Assembly (NCBI GenBank): GCA_050946555.1
Contig: JBMNVA010000010.1
Coordinates: 5,825-69,824 of the forward strand
Length of the DNA: 64,000 bases
Direction of reading: 5' to 3'
From: Anaerovoracaceae bacterium
GTDB taxonomy: Bacteria > Bacillota > Clostridia > Peptostreptococcales > Anaerovoracaceae
The notes below the pieces were generated by a model, which worked only from the letters and a program-made list of their open reading frames with translations, ran no database searches and had not been told where the DNA came from. The position numbers and the translations under genes were made by a program. Position 1 is the stretch's first letter. Every line of letters starts with the position of its first letter. This document shows, piece by piece, positions 27,887-38,554 of this stretch.

Positions 27887-28831
27887 TTATTCGTCACTCG
27901 CCTTCAGGCTGAGTCCCAGTTCTTCCAGTTTGTTCTTGACTTCGTCCAGAGACTTCTTACCAAGGTTGCGGACTTTCATCATGTCTTCTTCTGTCTTCTG
28001 CGTCAGTTCCTCGACCGTATTGATCGAAGCGCGCTTCAGGCAGTTGAACGAACGGACGGAAAGCTCCAGTTCCTCGATCGTCATCTCCAGCGCCTTTTCC
28101 TTCTGATCCTCTTCCTTCTCGACCATGATCTCGAAATCATCTGCCGAGTCGTCAAGCTCGATGAAGAGATTCAGATGCTCCTGCATGATCTTGGCGCCGA
28201 TGGAAACGCCTTCTTCCGGCGTGACCGAACCGTCCGTCCAGATCTCGAGGATCAGCTTGTCATAGTCTGTGACCTGACCCACTCGGGTGTTCTCGACCGT
28301 GAAATTCGCCTTGCGGACCGGGGTATAGATGGAATCGACAGGGATGACCGAGATCGGCATGGAATCCGTCTTGTTCTGTTCTGCCGTTTCATACCCGCGC
28401 CCTTTGGCAAGGTTGATCTCCATGATCAGGCTGGCGTTCTCTTCGAGCGTCGCGATGTGAAGATCCTTATTGAAGATCTCGATCTCCGAATCGCCGATGA
28501 TGTCCGCTGCCGTGACCTCCTTCGGCCCGACCGCGTTGATGATCGCACGCTTCGTATCATCGCCGGTCAGCTTGACCGCGAGTTTCTTCAGGTTCAGGAT
28601 GATCTCCGTGACGTCTTCCTTGACGCCCGGGATCGTGCTGAATTCATGCAGGACACCGTCTATGCGGATCGATGTCACTGCCGCGCCCGGAATCGAGCTC
28701 AGGAGGATCCTCCTCATGCTGTTTCCGAGCGTCTTTCCGTAGCCCCTCTCCAGAGGTTCTACGATAAACTTTCCGTATTTGCCGTCTTCGCCGATTTCTT
28801 TCGTGATCGTTGGTTTTTCGATTTCTAACAC
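27887..28831 (-). CDS. rpoA: DNA-directed RNA polymerase subunit alpha
   Basis: 314 aa. [41 protein letters not shown], with a C-terminal domain containing [15 protein letters not shown]. Confidence 0.97.
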   Translation of the reverse strand: MLEIEKPTITKEIGEDGKYGKFIVEPLERGYGKTLGNSMRRILLSSIPGAAVTSIRIDGVLHEFSTIPGVKEDVTEIILNLKKLAVKLTGDDTKRAIINAVGPKEVTAADIIGDSEIEIFNKDLHIATLEENASLIMEINLAKGRGYETAEQNKTDSMPISVIPVDSIYTPVRKANFTVENTRVGQVTDYDKLILEIWTDGSVTPEEGVSIGAKIMQEHLNLFIELDDSADDFEIMVEKEEDQKEKALEMTIEELELSVRSFNCLKRASINTVEELTQKTEEDMMKVRNLGKKSLDEVKNKLEELGLSLKASDE

Positions 28832-28889
28832 GTAAAAAAACCTCCTTTATACATCCGATAACGACTTTCTGCAGCTGGCTCAAGCCGCT

Positions 28890-29510
28890 TTATTTGGAGT
28901 ACAGCTCGACGATCAGGTGTTCCGCGATCGGCGTATCGATCTCTTCTCTGGTCGGCAGGCTCAGGACCTTCCCTTCCAGTTTGTCAACATCGACAGAAAG
29001 CCAGGACGGAACCGTAATCTGCATATCCTTGATTTCCTTGAACTTCGGTGAATTCTGGCTCTTTTCCTTGACGGCGATGACGTCACCGGCCTTGATCTCC
29101 TGGCCCGGTGCGTTGACCTTCTTGCCGTTCAGTGTGAAATGACCGTGGGTGACCAGCTGACGCGCTTCTTTTCTGGAAGACGCGAAGCCAAGCCGGTAAA
29201 CGACGTTGTCCAGACGTCTTTCCAGCATGATCAGCAGGTTGTCACCGGTGATGCCTTTGCGGGCATCCGCTTTCTTATAGAGGTTGCGGAACTGCGTTTC
29301 CTGCATTCCGTAGAATCTCTTTGCCTTCTGCTTCTCACGGAGCTGAAGTCCGTATTCTGAGCTCTTTCTTCTGCCCTGTCCGTGCTGTCCCGGAGCGTAC
29401 GCTTTTCTCTCGAGTGCGCACTTCGGGCCATAGCAGCGGTCACCCTTCAGGAAGAGCTTCTGACCTTCTCTTCTGCAGAGTCTGCAGTTCGCACAGGTAT
29501 ATCTTGCCAT
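28890..29510 (-). CDS. rpsD: 30S ribosomal protein S4
   Basis: [26 protein letters not shown]... and an S4 domain ([12 protein letters not shown]). Confidence 0.97.
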   Translation of the reverse strand: MARYTCANCRLCRREGQKLFLKGDRCYGPKCALERKAYAPGQHGQGRRKSSEYGLQLREKQKAKRFYGMQETQFRNLYKKADARKGITGDNLLIMLERRLDNVVYRLGFASSRKEARQLVTHGHFTLNGKKVNAPGQEIKAGDVIAVKEKSQNSPKFKEIKDMQITVPSWLSVDVDKLEGKVLSLPTREEIDTPIAEHLIVELYSK

Positions 29511-29528
29511 TGTAACTCCTCCTTTCTG

Positions 29529-29927
29529 TTAGACTCTTCTTCTCTTCGGCGGACGGCATCCGTTGTGCGGAATCGGCGTGATGTCCTTGATCATCGTGAT
29601 CTCAAGACCTGCTGCCTGAAGCGCACGAATCGCGGCTTCTCTTCCGGATCCCGGTCCCTTTACGTAAACTTCTACTGTCTTCAGACCATGCTCCATCGCG
29701 CCCTTCGCTGCGGTTTCCGCTGCCATCTGTGCTGCGAACGGAGTGGACTTCTTGGACCCTCTGAATCCCAGCGAACCGGCTGAGCTCCAGGAGAGCGCGT
29801 TTCCGTCCATATCGGTCAGTGTGACTAATGTATTGTTAAAGGTGGACTGGATGTGAGCCTGGCCTTTGACAATGTTCTTGCGCTGGACGCGCTTTTTTCT
29901 GACTTGCTTCTTCTGATTCTTAGCCAT
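29529..29927 (-). CDS. rpsK: 30S ribosomal protein S11
   Basis: [30 protein letters not shown]...[14 protein letters not shown]. Confidence 0.97.
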   Translation of the reverse strand: MAKNQKKQVRKKRVQRKNIVKGQAHIQSTFNNTLVTLTDMDGNALSWSSAGSLGFRGSKKSTPFAAQMAAETAAKGAMEHGLKTVEVYVKGPGSGREAAIRALQAAGLEITMIKDITPIPHNGCRPPKRRRV

Positions 29928-29930
29928 GCC

Positions 29931-30308
29931 CTACACCTCCTTCTTCTTTGCTCTTCCTACTGTCTTCTTCGGACCCTTCCGCGTTCTCGCGTTGGTCTTT
30001 GTCTTCTGTCCTCTGACCGGAAGACCTCTTCTGTGGCGGATGCCACGGTAGCTTCCGATCTCCATCAGACGCTTGATGTTCAGTGAAACTTCTCTTCTGA
30101 GATCACCTTCCACCATGTATTCCGCGTCGATGATCTTTCTGATTCTTCCAGCTTCGTCCTCGGTGAGGTCCTTGACTCTCGTCGAAGGGTCGACCCCGGC
30201 CTTCTTGAGGATCTCCGCTGCGGATGATCTGCCGATTCCGTAGATATACGTCAGTCCGATCTCTACTCGTTTCTCTCTCGGCAGGTCAACACCGGCTATA
30301 CGTGCCAT
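29931..30308 (-). CDS. rpsM: 30S ribosomal protein S13
   Basis: [26 protein letters not shown]...[27 protein letters not shown]. Confidence 0.97.
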   Translation of the reverse strand: MARIAGVDLPREKRVEIGLTYIYGIGRSSAAEILKKAGVDPSTRVKDLTEDEAGRIRKIIDAEYMVEGDLRREVSLNIKRLMEIGSYRGIRHRRGLPVRGQKTKTNARTRKGPKKTVGRAKKKEV

Positions 30309-30508
30309 ACGTATCCTCCTTCTCCTATCTTGCCATCACTTTTCCGGGAGCGATATAGACAGGCGTTCGTGAAAAAATTATAGGAATTCCGGCCCCGGCG
30401 CCGGTTCCCGTCATCGCTTCGCGCAAATACGCGCACAAACAATCATATCATAAGCGGGCAGAATCTGCCAGCTTTTTGTTCGGAAAATCGATCATTTTCC
30501 GGCGTTTT

Positions 30509-30622
30509 TTAGCCCTGTCTCTGCTTATGCTTCGGGTTCTCACAGATGACCATGACTTTGCCATGTCTCTTGATGACCTTGCACTTTTCACAGATCGGTT
30601 TTACAGATGCTCTTACTTTCAT
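30509..30622 (-). CDS. rpmJ: 50S ribosomal protein L36
   Basis: Not in the ORF track because it is only 37 aa. The minus strand translates to [37 protein letters not shown]. Confidence 0.95.
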   Translation of the reverse strand: MKVRASVKPICEKCKVIKRHGKVMVICENPKHKQRQG

Positions 30623-30639
30623 TTTTAAAACCTCCCATC

Positions 30640-30867
30640 TTACTTGCGATTCACGCCGCGCCAGGTAATTCTTCCTTTTGTGAGATCATACGGTGAAAGC
30701 TCGACTTTGACCGTATCGCCCGGCAGAATCCGGATATAGTTCATTCTGATCTTCCCGGAGATGTGCGCGAGCACCTCGAACCCGTTCTCAAGCTTCACCT
30801 TGAATTCCGCGTTCGGAAGCGCATCAACGACGGTTCCGGTCGCTTCAATGACATCTTTTTTCGCCAT
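30640..30867 (-). CDS. infA: translation initiation factor IF-1
   Basis: [51 protein letters not shown]. Confidence 0.97.
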   Translation of the reverse strand: MAKKDVIEATGTVVDALPNAEFKVKLENGFEVLAHISGKIRMNYIRILPGDTVKVELSPYDLTKGRITWRGVNRK

Positions 30868-30870
30868 ACT

Positions 30871-31638
30871 TTACTCCTCTTCAAATAAAGTTAACAGTTC
30901 CGGACCATCGTCGGTGATGACGACGGTGTTTTCATAATGAGCCGCCAGCTTTCCGTCGACCGTGACGACTGTCCAGTCGTTGTCCAGGACGCGGCATTCA
31001 TATCCGCCCTGGCAGATCATCGGTTCGATGGCGAAGACCATGCCTTTGGCGATGCGCGGTCCTTTGTGCGGCTTGCCGTAATTCGGGATCTGCGGATCTT
31101 CATGCATCTCCCTGCCCACTCCGTGTCCGACGTAATCGCGGATCACGGAAAATCCGTCTGCCTCCGCTCTGGTCTGAACGGCATGGCTGATATCACTGAG
31201 CCGGTTTCCCGGTCTTGCGAACTTGATCCCTTCGAAAAAACTCTCCCGCGTCGTGTCGATCAGCTGCTGTGCTTCCGGGCTGATCTCTCCGACGGCGTAG
31301 GTCCTCGCCGCGTCGCTGACATAGCCCTTGTATGTCGAGCCGATGTCCACGCTGACGATGTCGCCTTCCTTCAGGATCCTGCTTTTGCTTGGAATTCCAT
31401 GCACGACTTCCTCGTTGATCGAAACGCAGGCACTCGCCGGGAATCCGCCGTATCCGAGGAACGTCGGGATCATATCATGCTCCCGGATCGTATCCTCGAC
31501 AAACCGGTCAACGTCGAATGTCGACATGCCCGGTTTGATAAAATCGGCGAGATCATGCAGGATCTTTCCCGTTACCTTCCCGGATGTGCGCATAAGGTCG
31601 ATTTCTTCATCGGATTTGATGATGATCATGTCACTCAC
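30871..31638 (-). CDS. map: type I methionine aminopeptidase
   Basis: 255 aa with the metal ligand pattern (DIVSVDIG...YVSDAARTY...GHGVG...FAIEP...ENTVVIT). Confidence 0.95.
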   Translation of the reverse strand: MSDMIIIKSDEEIDLMRTSGKVTGKILHDLADFIKPGMSTFDVDRFVEDTIREHDMIPTFLGYGGFPASACVSINEEVVHGIPSKSRILKEGDIVSVDIGSTYKGYVSDAARTYAVGEISPEAQQLIDTTRESFFEGIKFARPGNRLSDISHAVQTRAEADGFSVIRDYVGHGVGREMHEDPQIPNYGKPHKGPRIAKGMVFAIEPMICQGGYECRVLDNDWTVVTVDGKLAAHYENTVVITDDGPELLTLFEEE

Positions 31639-32278
31639 CCAGCGCTTTCACAACGAGATCGAATGTCGTTTCCGGCGTGATCGAGCCGTCGATGTGGACG
31701 ATGTTTCCGGCCTTCTCGTAATACTCGATCAGCGGTTTCGTCTGTTCATTATAGACATCGATGCGGTTCTTCGCGGTCTCTGCGTTGTCGTCTTCTCTCT
31801 GGATCAGCTCGCCGCCGCAGATGTCGCAGATCCCTTCCTTCTTCGGAGGGACGTTGACGATGTGGTAGCTCGCTCCGCAGTTTTTGCAGACACGTCTTCC
31901 GGTCAGACGTTCCATCAGGATGTCTTCCCCGACCTCAAGGTCGAGCACGACATCGAGCTTCTGGCCGTGTGCCGCGAGGAACTCGTCGAGTTTCTGAGCC
32001 TGGTAGACCGTACGAGGGAAACCGTCCAGGAGGAACCCGTTTTTGCAGTCATCCTCCAGGAGACGGGTCGTCGCGATCTCGATGACGAGATCATCCGGTA
32101 CCAGCTCGCCTTTGTTCATATATTCCTGCGCCTTTTTCCCCAGCTCGGTTCCTTTCTTGATGTTGTCGCGGAAGATGTCACCGGTGGAGATATGAGGGAT
32201 GTTGTATTTTTCTACGATACGAACCGCCTGTGTTCCTTTTCCGGCTCCCGGCGGCCCCAGTAAAATTGTTCTCAGCAT
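31631..32278 (-). CDS. adk: adenylate kinase
   Basis: LLGPPGAGKGTQA P-loop and a Zn-lid (CKNCGASYH...CDICGGEL). Confidence 0.97.
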   Translation of the reverse strand: MLRTILLGPPGAGKGTQAVRIVEKYNIPHISTGDIFRDNIKKGTELGKKAQEYMNKGELVPDDLVIEIATTRLLEDDCKNGFLLDGFPRTVYQAQKLDEFLAAHGQKLDVVLDLEVGEDILMERLTGRRVCKNCGASYHIVNVPPKKEGICDICGGELIQREDDNAETAKNRIDVYNEQTKPLIEYYEKAGNIVHIDGSITPETTFDLVVKALGE

Positions 32279-32290
32279 GTTCTTCCCTCC

Positions 32291-33574
32291 CTAATTCAGG
32301 AATCCACGATAGTTTCTCATGATCATCTGGTTCTCGATCTGCTTCATCGTGTCAAGCGCGACACCGACTGCGATCAGCAGGGAGGTCCCGCCGAAGTGGA
32401 GCTCCATCCCCGTGTACTGCGAGATGATCGTCGGCAGCGTTGCGACGACAGCCAGGAAGATCGCTCCGACGATGGAGATCCTGGACATGACTTTGTTCAG
32501 GTAGTCGATCGTCGCCTTGCCCGGACGGATGCCCGGGATGAACCCGCCGTTTGCCTTCATGTTCTGTGCGACTTCCACCGGATTGAAGGTGATCGCCGTA
32601 TAGAAATAGTTGAAGAAAATGATCAGGATCACGTTCAGCGTCGCGTATACCCAGACGCCCGGGCTTCCTGCCGGAGACAGCCACTTCTCACAGAAATCAT
32701 AGAAAGCGGTATCCGGGAAGAAGTACATGATCGTCAGCGGGAACTGGAGCAGTGCCAGTGCGAAAATGATCGGAATGACGCCGGCCTGGTTGACTTTCAG
32801 CGGAATATGTGTAGACTGTCCGCCGTACATCTTCCGTCCGACGACGCGCTTCGCATACTGGACCGGGATCCTTCTCGTGCCCTGCTGGAACAGGACGATT
32901 CCGACAACGACTGCGATCGCGAAGATGATCAGGAGGATCAGAGAAATGAGGGACATCCCTCCGCTCTGATAACGGGTCGCGATCTGGTTGATCTCGCTCG
33001 GGATCCTTGCGACGATGCCGCCGAAGATCAGGAGTGAAATGCCGTTTCCGATCCCGTACTCATTGATCTGCTCACCGAGCCACATCAGGAACGTCGTACC
33101 GGCCGTCAAGATCAATATGATGATGATGAACGTGAACGCGTTCTGATTGATGATCGTCTGGCGGAACAGTCCGACCGTCAGGCCGATCGCCTGGATCAAT
33201 GCCAGGACCACGGTGGAATACCGTGTGATCTGCGCCATTTTCTTCCGGCCTTCCATTCCTTCTTTTGCCAGTTTCTCAAAATACGGGAACGCGACCGTCA
33301 ATAACTGGATGATGATCGTCGCTGTAATGTACGGTGTGACACTCAGCGCGAAAATGGTAAAGTTACTGAACGATCCTCCGGAGAACAGGTTGAATAATTC
33401 AAACAGCCCCATGTTGTCGCTCGTGAACATCTGAGCCAGTGTCGTTCTGTTGATCCCCGGGACCGGGATATTGGACCCGATCCGGAAGACCACGAGCATC
33501 AGCAGGGTGAAGATCATCTTCCTTCGAATCTCCACAATTTTCCACGCTTTGGAAATGGTGCGAAGCATGTCCAT
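32291..33574 (-). CDS. secY: preprotein translocase subunit SecY
   Basis: 427 aa, 10-TM pattern. FRIGSNIPVPGIN, FALSVTPYITATIIIQLL and GGFIPGIRPGK. Confidence 0.97.
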   Translation of the reverse strand: MDMLRTISKAWKIVEIRRKMIFTLLMLVVFRIGSNIPVPGINRTTLAQMFTSDNMGLFELFNLFSGGSFSNFTIFALSVTPYITATIIIQLLTVAFPYFEKLAKEGMEGRKKMAQITRYSTVVLALIQAIGLTVGLFRQTIINQNAFTFIIIILILTAGTTFLMWLGEQINEYGIGNGISLLIFGGIVARIPSEINQIATRYQSGGMSLISLILLIIFAIAVVVGIVLFQQGTRRIPVQYAKRVVGRKMYGGQSTHIPLKVNQAGVIPIIFALALLQFPLTIMYFFPDTAFYDFCEKWLSPAGSPGVWVYATLNVILIIFFNYFYTAITFNPVEVAQNMKANGGFIPGIRPGKATIDYLNKVMSRISIVGAIFLAVVATLPTIISQYTGMELHFGGTSLLIAVGVALDTMKQIENQMIMRNYRGFLN

Positions 33575-33575
33575 A

Positions 33576-34016
33576 TTAAATCACCTCGGCCTTGCCGCCG
33601 GCCGCTTCAATTTTTTCAACCGCGGATTTGCTGAACTTGTCTGCTTTAACTGTGATGCTGTTTTTCAGTTCGCCGTTGCCGAGGATTTTGATCCCGTCCT
33701 TGACCTGCTTGACCAGGCCGGCTTCCCGGAGCAGCTCCGGTGTGACGACGGTACCCGCTTCAAAACGGTTCAGGTCTTCGACGTTGACTGTCTTATATTC
33801 CTTCGCGAAGATGTTCGTGAATCCTCTCTTCGGAAGTCTTCTGTACAGCGGCATCTGGCCGCCTTCGAATCCGAGCCGGACACCGCCGCCGCTTCTGGAT
33901 TTCTGGCCGTTCATGCCTCTTCCCGCGGTCGTCCCCTGACCGCTCGCGCTGCCGCGTCCGATTCTCTTTTTGTTTTTTCTGGAACCTTCCGGTGCTTTCA
34001 GTTCATGCAGTTTCAT
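33576..34016 (-). CDS. rplO: 50S ribosomal protein L15
   Basis: [34 protein letters not shown]. Confidence 0.97.
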   Translation of the reverse strand: MKLHELKAPEGSRKNKKRIGRGSASGQGTTAGRGMNGQKSRSGGGVRLGFEGGQMPLYRRLPKRGFTNIFAKEYKTVNVEDLNRFEAGTVVTPELLREAGLVKQVKDGIKILGNGELKNSITVKADKFSKSAVEKIEAAGGKAEVI

Positions 34017-34032
34017 CTCTCACGCACCTCCT

Positions 34033-34215
34033 TTACAGCTCTTCAACTGTCACAAGATGCGAGACCTTCGCGATCGCTCCTCTTGTCGCAGGAGTGTCGT
34101 CCAGTTCAACTGTATAGTGCATCTTCTTAAGTCCGAGCGCTTCGACAACTTTCTTCTGTTTAGGAGTCGCGCCGATGGTGCTCTTCGTCAGTTCGATTTT
34201 CAGCTTATTCGCCAT
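34033..34215 (-). CDS. rpmD: 50S ribosomal protein L30
   Basis: [33 protein letters not shown]. Confidence 0.95.
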   Translation of the reverse strand: MANKLKIELTKSTIGATPKQKKVVEALGLKKMHYTVELDDTPATRGAIAKVSHLVTVEEL

Positions 34216-34228
34216 TTGCGTCTACCTC

Positions 34229-34732
34229 CTAACCTAAAATTTCTTCCGGGCTCTTGCCTCTCAGGCGGGCGACCTGCTCCACTGTCATCAGGCCGCGGAG
34301 CCCTTCCAGCGTCGCGTAAGCGATGTTGCCGGCATTGCTGGAGCCGACGGATTTCGCACGGACGTCGTGGATCCCGGCTGCTTCCAGCACGGTACGGGCA
34401 GAAGATCCGGCGATGACGCCGCTTCCTTCCGCGCCCGGCATCAGGATGACGCGAGCCGCTCCGAAAATACCGATGTTTTTGTGTGGGATCGTCGTTCCGA
34501 CGGTCGGAACGTAGATCAGATTCTTCTTCGCATCCTCTGTCGCTTTTCTGACGGCTTCCGGGATCTCGGCTGCCTTGCCGAGGCCGACACCGACGTGGCC
34601 TTCATGATCGCCGACGACGACCGTGACGCTGAAACGCATATTTCTGCCGCCCTTGACCGTCTTCGCAACACGTCTGATGTTGACGATGGTTTCCGTCAGA
34701 TCGAGTTTGGATGCATCAATAGTATTACGCAT
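34229..34732 (-). CDS. rpsE: 30S ribosomal protein S5
   Basis: [36 protein letters not shown]. Confidence 0.97.
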   Translation of the reverse strand: MRNTIDASKLDLTETIVNIRRVAKTVKGGRNMRFSVTVVVGDHEGHVGVGLGKAAEIPEAVRKATEDAKKNLIYVPTVGTTIPHKNIGIFGAARVILMPGAEGSGVIAGSSARTVLEAAGIHDVRAKSVGSSNAGNIAYATLEGLRGLMTVEQVARLRGKSPEEILG

Positions 34733-34745
34733 TCTTTTCCTCCTG

Positions 34746-35117
34746 TTAGAATTTCAGTCCGCCTTCACGGGCCCCGTCTGCAAGTTCTTTGACTCTTCCG
34801 TGATAAAGGAATCCTCCGCGGTCAAAAGCGACCTCGCTGATTCCCTTTTCCAGCGCTCTCTTCGCGATCTCTTCGCCGACTCTCTTCGCAGCGGCTTTGT
34901 TCCCGCCGTATTTGATCTCGTCGCGAAGCGCCTTGTCTGTGCTGGATGCCTGGGCCAGTGTGTTCCCGTTCACATCATCGATGATCTGACAGGAAATGTT
35001 CTTGTTGGACCGGAAAACGCAGAGACGCGGTCTTTCAGGAGTTCCGAACAGGTCTTTTCTTGCTCTGGCGTGTCTTTTGAGACGCCGGTCATTTCTACTC
35101 ATCTTTGCCATGATCAA
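34746..35117 (-). CDS. rplR: 50S ribosomal protein L18
   Basis: [37 protein letters not shown]...[26 protein letters not shown]. The exact ATG (35117, 35111 or 35102) is uncertain. Confidence 0.93.
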   Translation of the reverse strand: MIMAKMSRNDRRLKRHARARKDLFGTPERPRLCVFRSNKNISCQIIDDVNGNTLAQASSTDKALRDEIKYGGNKAAAKRVGEEIAKRALEKGISEVAFDRGGFLYHGRVKELADGAREGGLKF

Positions 35118-35128
35118 ATCACTCCTTT

Positions 35129-35671
35129 CTACGCAGTAGCTCCAGTCTTTCCTTCTTTTCTGCGGACGTGTTCATCCTCGTAACGGATTCCCTTGCCCTT
35201 GTACGGCTCCGGCTTTCTCCAGGAACGGATGATCGCGGCATAGTTGCCTACCTGCGCCTTGTCCGCGCCCTTTACGATGATGGTGTTCTGATCCGGCGTT
35301 TCCGTCGTGATGCCTTCCGGGTCTTCCATCTCGACCGGATGGGAGAAGCCGAGCTGCATGACGAGCTTCTTGCCTTTCTTCTCGGCACGGAATCCGACGC
35401 CGTTGATGATCAGTTTCTTTTCAAAACCTTTGGTAACGCCCGTCACCATGTTGTTGATGAGCGCTCTCGCAAGTCCGTGCTGCTCTCTGTCCTGGCGGCT
35501 GTCGCTCGCTCTCTTCAGCACGATTTTGTTGTCTTCAATATCAAATGTGATTCTGTCGCTGATTTCCTGTTTCAGTTCTCCGTTCGGTCCTTTGACGGTG
35601 ACGATGTTGCCGTCTCTTGTGACCTGGACCCCGGCAGGAAGTACAACAGGTTCATTTCCGATTCTGGACAT
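35129..35671 (-). CDS. rplF: 50S ribosomal protein L6
   Basis: [17 protein letters not shown]... Start trimmed from 35689 to 35671 to remove the overlap with rpsH. Confidence 0.95.
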   Translation of the reverse strand: MSRIGNEPVVLPAGVQVTRDGNIVTVKGPNGELKQEISDRITFDIEDNKIVLKRASDSRQDREQHGLARALINNMVTGVTKGFEKKLIINGVGFRAEKKGKKLVMQLGFSHPVEMEDPEGITTETPDQNTIIVKGADKAQVGNYAAIIRSWRKPEPYKGKGIRYEDEHVRRKEGKTGATA

Positions 35672-35682
35672 TCTTCTACCTC

Positions 35683-36081
35683 CTACCAAACATAACAGAT
35701 AACTTCGCCGCCGACGCCGAGCTCTCTGGCTTTCTTGTCGCTGATGATCCCGCTCGATGTGGAGATGATCGCGATTCCGAGTCCGCCGAGAACTTTCGGT
35801 ACTTCGTTGGCCTTCGCGTAAACTTTTAGGCCCGGCTTCGAGATTTTCTTGATTCCGCTGATGACCTTCTCATCATTCGGACCATACTTCAGTGTCACCT
35901 TGATCGTTCCCTGAACGCCGCTGTCATCCACATCGTATCCCGCGATGTATCCCTCGTCGAGAAGGATCTGTGCAATCGACTTCTTCATCTTGGAAGCAGG
36001 GATCGTGACAGTCTCATGCCCAACGCTGTTGGCATTTCTGATCCTTGTCAGCATATCCGCAATTGGATCTGTCATACTCAT
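35683..36081 (-). CDS. rpsH: 30S ribosomal protein S8
   Basis: [25 protein letters not shown]. Confidence 0.97.
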   Translation of the reverse strand: MSMTDPIADMLTRIRNANSVGHETVTIPASKMKKSIAQILLDEGYIAGYDVDDSGVQGTIKVTLKYGPNDEKVISGIKKISKPGLKVYAKANEVPKVLGGLGIAIISTSSGIISDKKARELGVGGEVICYVW

Positions 36082-36152
36082 TCTTTTTACTCCCTTTCTC
36101 GCGTGGTTCGGAGCAGGTGCCCCGCCTTCGCAAATCGTGATATCCTATGTCT

Positions 36153-36338
36153 TTACCAGCTTGCTTTCTTCACGCCGGGGATCTCCCCTTTGTAGGCGAG
36201 TTCTCTGAAGCAGATTCGGCAGATGCCGTACTTCTTGAGAACGGAATGCGGACGTCCGCAGATGCTGCATCTCGTATAAGCACGGGTCGCATATTTCGGT
36301 TTTCTCTGCTGTTTGATCTTAAGAGACTTCTTTGCCAT
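36153..36338 (-). CDS. rpsN: 30S ribosomal protein S14, type Z (Zn-binding)
   Basis: 61 aa. [61 protein letters not shown]. Confidence 0.97.
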   Translation of the reverse strand: MAKKSLKIKQQRKPKYATRAYTRCSICGRPHSVLKKYGICRICFRELAYKGEIPGVKKASW

Positions 36339-36347
36339 TTCAACCTC

Positions 36348-36890
36348 CTATTTTTCAAACGGCATTCCGAGCAGCTCGAGGAGCGCCATTGCCTCTTCGT
36401 CTGTTTTCGCCGTCGTTGTAAATACAATGTTCATTCCCTTGATCGTATCGACGTCGTCGTAATTGATCTCCGGGAAGATCAGCTGCTCTTTGAGGCCCAT
36501 GGAATAGTTTCCGCGTCCGTCAAAGGAATTCCTGCTGACTCCCTTGAAGTCTCTTACGCGAGGAAGAGAAATGTTGAAAAGCTTATCGACAAAGATGTAC
36601 ATGTTGTCGCCTCTCAGGGTCACTTTGGCCCCGACCGGCATGCCTTCACGAACCTTGAAGTTCGCGATCGACTTCTTCGCTTTGGTCACGACCGGTCTCT
36701 GGCCGGTGATCAGTCCGATCTCCTGGACGGCGGACTCGAGGACTTTCGCGTTTTCCTTCGCTTCGCCAAGTCCCATGTTGACGGTGACTTTGGTGAGCTT
36801 TGGCACTTCCATGACGTTGTCATAGTGGAACTTTTCCTGAAGCGCTTTGAAAATTTCGTTATCGTACGTCTCTTTCAGTCTTGCTGCCAA
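36348..36890 (-). CDS. rplE: 50S ribosomal protein L5
   Basis: [44 protein letters not shown]. Confidence 0.97.
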   Translation of the reverse strand: MAARLKETYDNEIFKALQEKFHYDNVMEVPKLTKVTVNMGLGEAKENAKVLESAVQEIGLITGQRPVVTKAKKSIANFKVREGMPVGAKVTLRGDNMYIFVDKLFNISLPRVRDFKGVSRNSFDGRGNYSMGLKEQLIFPEINYDDVDTIKGMNIVFTTTAKTDEEAMALLELLGMPFEK

Positions 36891-36907
36891 AATCTTCTCC
36901 TCCTTTC

Positions 36908-37213
36908 CTAGTCAATTACGTTTCTGGTCTTCTTATTGACCCGGACTTTTCTGCCGTCGCGGATCTCATAGCCGACCTTGATTACTTCATCTGCTTTGTC
37001 ATCGTAGAGCATGACGTTGGATACGTCGATCGGTCCTTCTTTATGACGGATCTCCGCCGGTTCCGTTCTCGTCTGCTTCTGGTGCTTCGTCTGAACGTTG
37101 ACACCTTCTACGATAACTCTGTGTTCCTTCGGCATCGCCTTCAGGACCTTTCCGGACTTGCCCTTGTCTTTTCCGGAAATAACGATTACCATATCATCCT
37201 TTTTAATACGCAT
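36908..37213 (-). CDS. rplX: 50S ribosomal protein L24
   Basis: [39 protein letters not shown] (KOW motif). Confidence 0.97.
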   Translation of the reverse strand: MRIKKDDMVIVISGKDKGKSGKVLKAMPKEHRVIVEGVNVQTKHQKQTRTEPAEIRHKEGPIDVSNVMLYDDKADEVIKVGYEIRDGRKVRVNKKTRNVID

Positions 37214-37226
37214 TCGTTACTCCTTC

Positions 37227-37601
37227 CTACAGTACTTCCGGAGCAAGTGATACGATCTTCATGAAGCCTGCGTCTCTGAGTTCTCTGGCCACAGGCCCGA
37301 AGATACGAGTTCCTACCGGAGTTTTATCTTCATTATTATTGATGATGACGGCTGCGTTCTGGTCGAACTTGACGTAGCTTCCGTCTGCTCTTCTCGTTCC
37401 CTTCTTCGTACGAACGATGACGGCACGGACGACGTCGCCCTTCTTGACAACACCGCCGGTCGAAGCATCCTTGACCGTGCATACGACGACATCGCCGATG
37501 TTCGCGTACTGGCGGCCGGTACCTCCCAGGATACGGATGCAGAGAAGCTCTTTCGCACCGGAGTTGTCAGCAACCTTCAATCTTGTTTCTGTCTGAATCA
37601 T
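37227..37601 (-). CDS. rplN: 50S ribosomal protein L14
   Basis: [27 protein letters not shown]. Confidence 0.97.
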   Translation of the reverse strand: MIQTETRLKVADNSGAKELLCIRILGGTGRQYANIGDVVVCTVKDASTGGVVKKGDVVRAVIVRTKKGTRRADGSYVKFDQNAAVIINNNEDKTPVGTRIFGPVARELRDAGFMKIVSLAPEVL

Positions 37602-37615
37602 GATCTGGTGCCTCC

Positions 37616-37876
37616 TTATTTCGCTTTTTCAACGATCTGGACGAGTCTCCATCTCTTGTCTTTGGAGAGAGGTCTCGTTTCCATGATCCTGATGGTATCG
37701 CCTACGCCGCACTCGTTGTTCTCGTCGTGAGCTTTGACTTTCTTCGTCCTTTTCACTGACTTTCCGTAAAGGGAATGCCGGACGGAATCTTTGATCGCGA
37801 CGACGACAGTCTTATCCATTTTGTCGCTGACGACAACGCCGACTTTCGTCTTTCTTCTGTTTCTTTCGTCTGCCAT
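37616..37876 (-). CDS. rpsQ: 30S ribosomal protein S17
   Basis: [22 protein letters not shown]...[30 protein letters not shown]. Confidence 0.97.
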   Translation of the reverse strand: MADERNRRKTKVGVVVSDKMDKTVVVAIKDSVRHSLYGKSVKRTKKVKAHDENNECGVGDTIRIMETRPLSKDKRWRLVQIVEKAK

Positions 37877-37894
37877 GTTACATCCTCCTTTCGG

Positions 37895-38098
37895 TTATGC
37901 CAGAGTTTCTTCCAGTTCCTTCTCGCGGATGATCGTTTTGACCCTCGCGATATCTCTTTTGACTTCTCTCATCTTGACCGGGTTCTCGAGCTGTCCCGTA
38001 ACGTGCTGGAATCTCAGGTTGAAGAGCTCTTTCTTCATTTTGTCCAGTTCAGCGTTCAGCTCAGTATCCGTCATCTGTCTGATCTTATTCATTTCCAT
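37895..38098 (-). CDS. rpmC: 50S ribosomal protein L29
   Basis: ELNAELDKMKKELFNLRFQHVTGQLENP. Confidence 0.95.
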   Translation of the reverse strand: MEMNKIRQMTDTELNAELDKMKKELFNLRFQHVTGQLENPVKMREVKRDIARVKTIIREKELEETLA

Positions 38099-38529
38099 TA
38101 CGCTTCACCGCCTTCTTCCAGTTGTGCCTTTGTGGCAATCTTCGTGCTGATCGGGAGTTTATGCCCGGCCAGTCTCAACGCTTCTCTCGCCTGTGCTTCG
38201 GAAACGCCGCCGATCTCGAACATGACTCTGCCCGGTTTCACGACTGCGACCCAGTATTCCGGAGCACCTTTACCGGAACCCATACGTACTTCTGCCGGTT
38301 TCTTGGTGACTGACTTGTGCGGGAAAATCTTGATGTAGACCTTTCCGCCTCTTCTTGTATATCTTGTCATCGCGATACGAGCCGCCTCGATCTGGTTCGA
38401 AGTGATCCAGCCCGGCTCTTCTGCGACAAGGCCGTACTCACCGTAGGTGATCTTGTTGCCCTTGGTGGCGATGCCTTTCATTCTTCCTCTGTGAACTCTT
38501 CTATGTTTTACGCGCTTCGGCATCAACAT
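38098..38529 (-). CDS. rplP: 50S ribosomal protein L16
   Basis: Canonical [19 protein letters not shown] start at 38529. The 38-codon upstream extension in the ORF track overlaps the rpsC tail and is discarded. Confidence 0.95.
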   Translation of the reverse strand: MLMPKRVKHRRVHRGRMKGIATKGNKITYGEYGLVAEEPGWITSNQIEAARIAMTRYTRRGGKVYIKIFPHKSVTKKPAEVRMGSGKGAPEYWVAVVKPGRVMFEIGGVSEAQAREALRLAGHKLPISTKIATKAQLEEGGEA

Positions 38530-38554
38530 GGCTTCGTTCCTCCTTTCACCCGTA

